A stretch of DNA of 64,000 nt from positions 2,356,001 through 2,420,000 of the forward strand of contig OZ316896.1 in the NCBI GenBank assembly GCA_973895155.1, read 5' to 3'. Source of the stretch: Marsupella aquatica (Eukaryota > Plantae > Marchantiophyta). The first letter of the stretch is position 1, and every line of letters starts with the position of its first letter. The translations under genes were made by a program, and so were the position numbers. Shown here piece after piece: positions 1 through 8,153 of the stretch. Below the pieces are notes generated by a model. It did no database searches and was not told the origin of the DNA. It saw nothing but the letters and a program-made list of their open reading frames with translations.

Positions 1-461
1 TGTTGCCAATGTGTGGCGGCATCTCGATGTGTTAGCCTAGACATGGTAAATTTGTTCTGTAACCAAGAGTTTGTTGTCCACATTTCTGGATCGTCAAACA
101 ACTTTTTCACAAATTTGCCAAACTCTGCTTTGGGCATCAAAATCTCCAATTCTTTGGCGTTGATCGGCCATTCATGATGAGGAGGTTTCACGTTTTCTGT
201 TGTGATGTTCCACTCCAAATTGTCACTTTCATCCTCCAACTTAGTTGAATTTGGCAAGGGGTTTTTATCGCCCGTACCAATGTCACAAGCATTGGGTTCG
301 GACTCATCTTCCAACCCTTTTGTTGGAGATAGCGAGTTTCCATGAATATCATGATCAAAATGATTGTAATAAGCATCTTGAGCGTCTTGCATGTATAAAT
401 GAGCATATTTGTCTTTTGGAACTTTTTCATCATCATCAGAATCCAAATTCCATTTCGTCAT
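1..461 (-). CDS. 5' part of an unknown ORF (>=153 aa, open to the window edge), probably element-encoded
   Basis: ATG at 461, 11 nt after a U-rich acceptor (tttgtag, AG ending at 473). Translates without stops as MTKWNLDSDDDEKVPKDKYAHLYMQ...HHEWPINAKELEILMPKAEFGKFVKKLFDDPEMWTTNSWLQNKFTMSRLTHRDAATHWQ to base 1. It is absent from the ORF track because there is no stop in the window. No domain recognised. Confidence 0.6.
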   Translation of the reverse strand, partial: MTKWNLDSDDDEKVPKDKYAHLYMQDAQDAYYNHFDHDIHGNSLSPTKGLEDESEPNACDIGTGDKNPLPNSTKLEDESDNLEWNITTENVKPPHHEWPINAKELEILMPKAEFGKFVKKLFDDPEMWTTNSWLQNKFTMSRLTHRDAATHWQ

Positions 462-629
462 GATTGCAAGATCTACAAACATAAAAACATATTTAAAACA
501 AATCCAAATATAATGAAATGGCATGGCATAACAATATAAATAAATAAGATACATATCACTTTATAATTACCATCTGATTGTTTGTAACTTAATGACTTCA
601 TGTAATAATTAGAGGGTCAAGTTTCATCT

Positions 630-2281
630 CTAATCTCTAAGATAAGGACTATTTTGGGCAAATAGTCTACAATCCGGGAATGTCCGAACCATCTTCAAAC
701 TCCAAAAGGCACACTCTTGCCTTTTCTTCACCTCGGTGGACATCATATCACGGACCATTGCTTCCAATTTAGGACCATGCTCCAAGGTATTCCAACCCCT
801 ACCCAACCACCGTGTCCTCATGGACGCTCCATCCCAATTCTCTAAAAAGAGACTCTCAAAAATGTTGCCCAAAGCATATATATCAGTGGCAGCACTATAC
901 TCTACTGGGGTGGGCGAAATAAGCTCTGGAGCTAATTGAGGATATTGTTTTTGATAAGCTACAACTTTATCTGTAGGAGTAGACCACATTTGATTCTCTG
1001 GTAGTCTGCACTGTGACTTATGTTTGGACAAGCCAAAATCGCATAAGCCAACATACACCTTGATGGCTACATCATCTTCATACTCAAAATGTAGAAGAAC
1101 GTTTCCAAAGTGAAGATCACAATGGAATCGGTTGTGATCATGCAAATATTGTAACGTCTCAAGCAGCGCCAACGCAATTCCCAATCGGTTCTCCAGAAAA
1201 AGTTTCTTTTCAGAAACAAACTTGAAATCAATGTTGGAGGAACCTTGTGATTTCCCTTTGTTCTTTGATCACAATTCACATCTATCTATGAAGCTTCCCA
1301 AATCACCTCCGTTGTAGTGATCATACACAAGTCTTGGTGGATCATCAATCCTCATTGCCAAAGCCCCAACAATTCCCTTGTGATTTAGTCCTCCCATAAG
1401 CATTTCTTGTAATGCATCTGTCCTCCTCTTATGCTTATCTCCTTTTTTGAATCTTTTTGCCACTAGTGTGACATTCTTCGGAATAAGAGGGCAATCTAAT
1501 ACGTGACAAGTGTACACCTCCCCTTGCACATCTATCCCGATGGAATGAGCATTTTGCACCTGCTCAGGCTTCAAGAAATGGATACTCCTCACATCCGGAA
1601 GTACACGTGATGGACGTGTTCCTTTTCCATCGTTTCTGATATTCACATCCCCAAATTGCATCACCTTGTTTACATATTTGACGTTGCTTTCAGCTTTTGC
1701 CATTGCCAACTCTTTACTCCAAGTTGATAACAAGTCCCTCTTGTGCTTAAACATCCTAGGATTTCCAAGCATTGTAGTATCATCCATGTTTAATTTGGCC
1801 ACCATCAAATCCCAAATATTGATCTCCAAATTAACAGCCAAGTTGTCAATGAATCCTCCTACTTTCTCACACTCAAGTACAAATGCATCCTTCTGCTCCC
1901 GTGTGATAGTGTCTTCATCCTCTACACTTTCACGCAAATAACAAGTCATCTCGTTCACAAACTTCTTGTATCCTTTTAGACCGTGCCTTGTAAAATCCAT
2001 CTCGAACGCATTCTCCTCATATTGCTTAGGTTGAGTGTAATGATATAATATTCCTTTCCAGATCGCCACTACTGCATTAAAGCGAACCTGTTTCACCTCA
2101 ACATTGCCCCCTCTTCATTTCTTCTTCCCACTGAGTTTGCCAACAGTTGATTTATACTCAAGAGTGTTTCGTGCATTCCTGAGTGCTTGGAGAGCCACAT
2201 GGTCCGGTTCAGCCCCTTCATCAAGAACCCTAGTAATCATTCCAGCAACTGCCTGTATTCTACACGACTAGTCGAGTCCAT
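630..2281 (-). pseudogene. Intronless protein kinase (~550 aa; N-terminal extension plus C-terminal kinase domain), disrupted
   Basis: ORFs 1269..2096 and 630..1184 are in one frame, separated only by TGA at 1269-1271. Another in-frame TGA lies at 2115-2117 (KKK*RGG). A probable 1-nt frameshift near 2240 would join MDSTSRVEYRQLLE (ATG 2281) to MITRVLD. Kinase motifs in order: GIDVQGEVY, LVAKRF, ALQEML, YNGGDL, HCDLHFGNVLL, CDFGLS, LAPEL, TDIYALG. Confidence 0.85.
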
Positions 2282-2434
2282 TGTGGCTTCCCTGGAATGG
2301 TGTGTGAGATGAGTACAACCTTACCCACTCAATCAACTGCCCACAAATACCCTGTGAATCACGGATTCACGTGATTATTACGCACTGGATTATTGTTTCT
2401 GGATTTCATTGCAATTCATTTTTATTAATCTTTT

Positions 2435-2546
2435 GAATGTCATAACGATAAAAGAAGGGAGAACACATTTGTGAATTATCCCATGCCGAGCCTAAGCTCC
2501 AAGCATGCGCACAAAAGTTTTCTTTTCTTTCACAGTTATGACATTC
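2435..2546 (-). ncRNA. Long hairpin 1 of a 3-unit structured RNA array (pre-miRNA-like)
   Basis: Inverted arms gaatgtcataac (2435-2446)/gttatgacattc (2535-2546) and tttgtg/cacaaa enclose the 36-nt conserved module at 2474-2509. Confidence 0.6.
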
Positions 2547-2580
2547 CTACTTGGATCTATGTGATAGCTATAATTTATCA

Positions 2581-2718
2581 ATCATTTACCAATTGAGTGA
2601 AAAGAATTTTGAAGAATCGTGACACCCATGTAAAATATCACATGCCGAGACAAAGCTCCAAGCTTGCGTACATGGGTTTCTCTATCTCCATAAATCTTTC
2701 ACTCAATTTGCAAATAAT
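2581..2718 (-). ncRNA. Long hairpin 2 of the structured RNA array
   Basis: Inverted arms aattgagtgaaa (2591-2602)/tttcactcaatt (2697-2708) and cccatgta/tacatggg enclose the 36-nt module at 2633-2668. Confidence 0.65.
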
Positions 2719-2720
2719 AA

Positions 2721-2828
2721 TAAATTGTTAAGGTGATATTAAAATACTCCTGTACGAAATATCCCATGCCGAGCCGAAGCTCCAAACACGCGCGCACAGG
2801 AATCTCTTTATATCCCTCCATTAATCTA
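2721..2828 (-). ncRNA. Long hairpin 3 of the structured RNA array
   Basis: Ungapped imperfect inverted arms 2721-2756/2793-2828 (cctgtacg/cgcacagg at the top) enclose the 36-nt module at 2757-2792. The minus strand gives a GAGC-UUCG-GCUC tetraloop and several G-U pairs. Confidence 0.65.
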
Positions 2829-2844
2829 AAATTCATTTTTTTAT

Positions 2845-2955
2845 GATTTAGGGCACAAACTCATTTTAGGATTTGGATTTAGGGCACAAACAAAGTTTAG
2901 GGTTTTAGGTTTAGGACACAAACAAAGTTTAAGGTTTTAGGTTTAGGGCATAAAC
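2845..2955. repeat. Degenerate telomere-like (TTTAGG/TTTAGGG) tandem units mixed with GCACAAAC
   Basis: tttagggcacaaac, tttagggttttaggtttagg, tttaaggttttaggtttagggc. Confidence 0.7.
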
Positions 2956-3260
2956 AAAACATAAACAACATACACTATACATACATTCCAAAAATACATT
3001 CATACATACATTCCAAACAATATACATTCACCATAATATAAATCAAAACTTAAATCAAAACTTAAATAAAAACATTCACCATAACATAAATCAAAATCAA
3101 AACATATATCATAACAAAAATCAAAACTTAAATCAAACCATATACCATAACATAAAAAAAACATCAAATACAAAAAAACTTACCCTATACACTTCGAGCC
3201 TTCTTTCTCCTTCCTTCCCTCCTTCCTTCCTTCCCTCCTTCCTTCCTTCCTTCTCCTCCC
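2955..3260. repeat. A/C-rich low-complexity tract followed by a (CCTT)n microsatellite
   Basis: Repeated aaatcaaaactt and catacattcca units; ccttccttccct repeats at ~3205-3255. Confidence 0.75.
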
Positions 3261-3374
3261 CCCTTGGCCTCCACAATACACAATGAGCCCCTCCCTCCCC
3301 CTCTCCCCCCTTTTATGGTCCCGGCTCAACTCCCGGCTCCTGCTCTCGCTCCTGGCTCCCCTCTCGCAAACCCT

Positions 3375-3850
3375 AATTGCGCCTCCGCCTCCCCCTTTGG
3401 CCCGGGAACCCTAATCCCGGCCCGGCCCGGCGCTCCTTCCCGGCCCGGTCCATATTCTCCCGGCCCGGTCCACTTCCCCCCCTCCGCACTTCCCGGCCCG
3501 GCCCTCCCTCCCGACCCGGTCCACTTCCCCACCCTTCCCGGCCCGGACCGGGGTCCCTCCCTCTCCCCCCTTCCCCACCCTTCCCGCCCCCCCTCCCCAC
3601 CCTTCCTGGCCCGGACCGGGGTCCCTCCCTCTCCCCCCCTTCCCCACCCTTCCCGCCCCCCCTCCCCACCCTTCCCGGCTCGGACCGGGGATGCTTCCTC
3701 TCCCCCCCTTCCTCCCCACCCTTCCCGGCCCGGACCGGGGCTCATTTCCTCTCGCGCCCCCGGGCTCCTCCATTCGCGGCCCTCTATCACATCCCGGCCC
3801 GGTTCTAGTTTCTCCCGGTCCGATCTCGTCACTGGCCGGGACCGGCCGGG
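3375..3850. repeat. GC-rich imperfect tandem repeat (~60-66 bp units, CCCGG cores; G-runs on the minus strand)
   Basis: cccggaccggggtccctccctctccccccttccccacccttcccgcccccctccccacccttcc and variants repeated; this explains the overlapping Pro/Gly-rich ORFs. Confidence 0.85.
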
Positions 3851-4282
3851 ACGACATATGTCATCTATCGTCTCAAATACTTGTATTTGCCCGACAAGTC
3901 CAAACCGGGCTTATGGGTAATAAAGCTCCTCCAAACTCAAGCTTAAGCTCTTGTTTTGGGGGGCATCATTGTTTTTCAGCCAGATTGAGCATCATATCCC
4001 ATAGTGGTCTCTGAACAGACCGGACTTCATTGTTACTTAATGCCCTTCGTGATTTTTCTTTTATATTTTTGAGAGCAAAATGTCCTGGATAAGATTGATT
4101 CATCTCCCTAGGAAGATTCAGTCTCCTCTACTTTTACTAAAGTTAGATCCCCAGGTTAAATCAAACCAAAAATGTCTCACCTTTCACTATAGTATGGTCT
4201 TGTTTTTCGACTCTTGTGGGCAATAATATCTCCTCAAAATTTGAGCTAAAGCTCCCTTTATGGGGGAATCATATCCAATACT

Positions 4283-4685
4283 TGTTAACCAAAGACCCGG
4301 GCAAAGATGACATTCACAATGACATGCCCAGAACCGTCCATCCAACTAACAAGCTAGTAGCAACAGAGATCATGGTTCAACTCAATTGAGGCTACGTCCA
4401 CAAGAACACACAAAAGCTTTATTACATTCCAGGCCTGCCAGCCATACTAGGTCACTCTCCACAATAGAAGTTTTATCTATCTCTCAACTATGCTCGACTT
4501 CCTACTCATAAGCAGCAACTTGCTTGTGCATTTAGTACGTACCGTGCAACACAAATAACCTAACCAAGTCCACAATTAAGGTTGGCCTAACTGTAACTAG
4601 AAATGTAACTCTAAGCACACCTAAGAGTACACAGGAGAGTAAATGCCTAAGTAAGCAATGATCTCTCCCTTGACTCTGGTCAACA
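4283..4685. mobile_element. Probable solo LTR (copia-like)
   Basis: Starts TGTTAACCA and ends TGGTCAACA (TG..CA with short terminal inverted repeat). The internal motif tggttcaactcaattgaggctacgtccacaagaacacacaaa is homologous to ~42040-42165. No clear TSD. Confidence 0.55.
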
Positions 4686-5464
4686 CACACACTGATGGAC
4701 CAAACAATAAGTGTGACCACCCTTCTTGAATTGTTTTGCCTAATCACAAAATTGGGGCTAAGTAAAAAAAATTCTGATACAAAACAGGCATTTGTGAGAA
4801 TAGACTTTATTTCAGAGTTTTGAAAGCGAGGAGCAATACATTGAGTGCTCTTCACATTGCGGAAGTGCGGATTTTCAAAGATGTCAAAATGAGCCATAAA
4901 ATTGTCAACTTTCATGGATGGATGAGACTACGGTGAAGATCGATCAGAGGGCTATCAATGGGCACCTATATGTACACACGAAAGTCAAGTTTCTTGAGTG
5001 AGTCCTTGTCGTGCAAATTGTGGTTTAATCCTCTCTCCCTCTGCCATATGATGTGGTTCCGAGTTTAAACATGGTGAGGATACTCTAGGTATGACTTCGA
5101 TCAAGTCCTGAGCCTGTCCAAAGTCTCCGCACCCTAGTGTGCAAAACATCAAGCACCGCTTCATGCACGATGAGACTATGCCACCATAGCTCCTGGAGAG
5201 CTTCAAGCGCAACCATGTAGCTCCATATCTCCAATCAAGACCAGGCAACCATAGCTTGAGAGCTTCAACCCATGCCCAAGACAGTTGCAAAGTCCTCCAT
5301 AGCAACAAAGATTGCAAGAATAAGATTGCAACTTAGGACTGGGAACTGAAATTTGCATGAGGAGCAGTAGTTTAATTAATAACATGTCTGAGATCTCACA
5401 ACGATTGGCAAGCTCAATTGAAATAGACAGATTCAAGATGAATTGAAAGAGCTGGAAAATCCAT

Positions 5465-6285
5465 GACTGTGTGTGTGAAGCTGACGATTACTTTGTCCAG
5501 AAGTGGGATGGTACTGGAGTGAATGGCCTGTCCTCAATTCAGAAAAGGATAGCAGCACTAGACAACTATCACTTGGAGTTTTGGCAAACCGCCATGGATG
5601 AGTACATATTGCCAGATTGGAGCAACAAGAGCTCTGGATTCTCTCAAAAACAATTGCAGATCTATTTGAGAGGTCTTTTAGAAGAAATACTTGAGGCAGC
5701 CTACCAAGGAAACTGTGGAGAGATAACTGGAAATTCTTGAAGGAAGAAGATTTCCTGGTGTGTTTGCTTCAATAGATTGTATGCATTATTTGTGGAAAAA
5801 TTGCCCTGTTGCATGGCAAGGACCCTTTACAAACAAGGACAAATATAAGTCAATTGCATACCATCTAGATCTGATATGCTTATTTTGGCCTCCCTGGATG
5901 CGACAATGATCTGAACGTTCTGGACACTCAGGTCCCCACTGGTGAACAAATCTTCAAAGAAATGAGGCTCATCAACTGAAATTTACTCTGAATGGAACAT
6001 AGTATGATAGATATAACTTCCTCACTCATGGTATCTATCTACTAGACTACTCTATTTTTATTAAAACAGGGTGAAGCAAGGAAGTGGTCTTTAGAATGCC
6101 ACTGAAGAAGGTGCACAAAAGGACTTTGAGAGAAAGTTTGGAGTGTTGCAAGCTAGTTTAATTTAGCATTATTCAAAATACTGTGAGGCTCCACAACCAA
6201 GCTGTGATCAAAGCCATTGATATCCTTCTTGCTTGTGTAATTTAACATAACACGATAATAGAGGATGAGAGATTGAAGAGTTTAC
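5465..6285 (+). pseudogene. Decayed PIF/Harbinger transposase (plant ALP1/HARBI1-like DDE nuclease)
   Basis: Fragments DDYFVQKWDGTGVNGLSSIQK, AMDEY, FPGVFASIDCMHYLWKNCPVAWQG, GLPGCDNDLNVLD, KDFERKFGVLQA and ACVI*HNTIIEDE, with stops and frameshifts. Confidence 0.9.
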
Positions 6286-6754
6286 CTCAGGAGTGGGAAC
6301 AAGGTCGAGCAACCTGGGCAGACTAGGCAAGGGTCACAGAGACTCACAACTCCTGATTGGAAAGAACACTTGGCCAATCCAGTGTTGAGCATATTAGGGC
6401 TGTCAAACAAAAAGGTTATATATCAATTTGATTATGTTGATGCGATGTAGTTTTTTAAATTTGGAATTCTAAATGAACAATCTGAGCTTGGCAATTTCAC
6501 AATTCTGTCTCAATTTGTCTCATTTCTGCATGCACAACACAAATTCTGAAATCTGGTCAAAACTACCTGACAATTAAAATTGTGGGAAAGTACAATAGGA
6601 AATCTGCCATGGGTCCTCGGTCAGGCAAATGAAAGACCATGGATTTCACAGATTATGCTACTTAAGGGAAAAACAAACCTGAAATGTGAGCTACAAAATG
6701 TCCACCACACTACTGTCATTGCTAATTGGCACCTAAGGTGTGGTACTTGTAAGT

Positions 6755-7019
6755 CTACATCAGGGCATGTCAGCTAACATGTCAGCTAAAGTCTACATAG
6801 ATTAGGGCATGTCAAAGCACACTTGTAACTCAATAGGGGGTGTCAAAGCACAGTTGTACCTGAGTTATGGCTCGATCAGAACATGGCTCGATCAGAACAT
6901 AAAACATACTTATGGCCAAGACAGAATAGTTATAGGTGACCAAAATTGTACCCCGTAAGGGTGGTACATCCAAAAAAATTAAGCCATAACCAATGTAACT
7001 TTGACATGCCCTGATGTAG
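6755..7019. mobile_element. MITE-like inverted-repeat element (Tourist/PIF-like)
   Basis: ctacatcagggcatgtca (6755-6772) is inverted at 7002-7019. gggcatgtcaaag (6805, preceded by TTA) is inverted at 6999-7011. Related ends occur at ~6837 and ~7377. Confidence 0.5.
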
Positions 7020-7438
7020 TGTTATGTCCTAATTAGGACTCAAAACATAAAACTCTATTATGGCCAGGACATAATCAGTATGGGCTACCAAAATTAGGCT
7101 ACCAAAATATAAGAGAGATATGCTTAGTAGACCCCCTTATGTAAAAATTTTGCTTAATCAACCCCCTCAATACTTTTCCCCAATCTGGATCGTTGATGGA
7201 CCTTTCGATCTCAGATCTGGACCGTTGATAGACCTCATGGGGGTTGATCAAGTCCCGGATCAAGTAACAAATTTCATTTTGGGGTTAGATCAAACAAATA
7301 CCTCCAAACTATAATCTATGGGTTACCAAAATAGATACCCATAAGGGTGATAGCTACAAAAACATGATCAGGATAACTTTGACGCGCCTTATTAGTTCTG
7401 ACTTTCATTCATGAACTTCTCACTTTCATTAATTAATG

Positions 7439-7473
7439 AACTTGGGTGTAACTTGGGTGTAACTTGGGTGTAA
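7439..7473. repeat. 11-bp tandem repeat (aacttgggtgt) x3
   Basis: Read directly from the sequence. Confidence 0.9.
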
Positions 7474-7787
7474 GGAGAAACGGCCAACTTGAGTACCAAA
7501 CTAACAGGAAAGCCACAGACGACAGAGGCAGCCGGGGAGAAGAGGATCGTGGCAGGGTTTAGGGTTTAGTGGAAAAGTCTGGAAACTTGGAAAGCGTACA
7601 CACTTGGTGTTAGTTTGTACCAGAAATCATGTAGATTCTCGCAAAAAGCAAAAAGCGCGCGATGCCGGGGCGTGCTCCAGGACTCCAGGAATGTTTTAAA
7701 GCAGCAGCAAGCATCGACAGGGAAGCTCATCGGTCTCAAGCTCACTCGATCCCAGCACAGTCGCCGCTAGCTCCATCCGACTATCCA

Positions 7788-8153
7788 ATGGCCTACCGCG
7801 GGACGCTTCTATCTCTCGTGCTCGTGGCACTCGCGGCAGGCGTGCTCATCGACGGAGTGAGCGGCGCATCGTCGCTTGTGCGGCGCCGACTGGCAGCTGT
7901 AGTACCTTCCACCACCTGCCCTGCTCCATGCGTACCGCCACAAGTCTGCTGCAAATTAGCAGGAACTCTGTACCATTGCGTTAACACCGCGACGGACATT
8001 AACAACTGCGGAACCTGCAGTAATGTTTGCAGTATCGGTGCAATTTGCTGCCAAGGTACGTGCGCGAATCTGCTAACAGACCCCAACAACTGTGGAGGTT
8101 GCGGCACCAAGTGCACACCGCCGAAGGTATGCCATTATGGCGGGTGCCAGTAA
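7788..8153 (+). CDS. STIG1-family secreted cysteine-rich peptide (121 aa, single exon)
   Basis: Signal peptide MAYRGTLLSLVLVALAAGVLIDGVSG, basic RRRL site, and STIG1 pattern CC...CVNTATDINNCGTCSNVC...CCQGTCANLLTDPNNCGGCGTKC...CHYGGC. Confidence 0.9.
   Translation: MAYRGTLLSLVLVALAAGVLIDGVSGASSLVRRRLAAVVPSTTCPAPCVPPQVCCKLAGTLYHCVNTATDINNCGTCSNVCSIGAICCQGTCANLLTDPNNCGGCGTKCTPPKVCHYGGCQ

Larger units (their letters stand above)
1..3900 (-). mobile_element. One end of an unclassified mobile element carrying the kinase, a second ORF and the hairpin array
   Basis: Intronless AT-rich ORFs unlike the host genes, telomere-like and AC-rich low-complexity tracts, a GC-rich CCCGG-rich subterminal tandem repeat, palindromes at 3850-3889 and an abrupt composition change near 3900. 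No transposase or other end is visible, so the class is unknown. Confidence 0.5.

Noticed and set aside
1269-1271. In-frame TGA in the kinase as selenocysteine or programmed readthrough
   Set aside because: A second TGA and a probable frameshift also occur, and land plants lack Sec machinery. Pseudogenisation is simpler.
2474-2792. CRISPR array (three 36-nt repeats with unique intervening sequence)
   Set aside because: Eukaryotic context, no cas genes, and intervening segments of 123 and 88 nt made of arms complementary across each repeat. Reported instead as a hairpin array.
2474-2792. Hammerhead or other self-cleaving ribozyme, or riboswitch
   Set aside because: No CUGANGA/GAAA core, and no twister, HDV or TPP consensus recognisable on either strand.
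3264-4014. Pro-rich/Gly-rich ORFs (extensin-like) on both strands
   Set aside because: Open frames in nearly all frames result from the stop-poor GC-rich tandem repeat; no signal peptide and mostly non-ATG starts.
7662-7787. Longer N-terminus for the STIG1 ORF
   Set aside because: The signal peptide starts at Met 7788; the upstream in-frame stretch is likely UTR or promoter.
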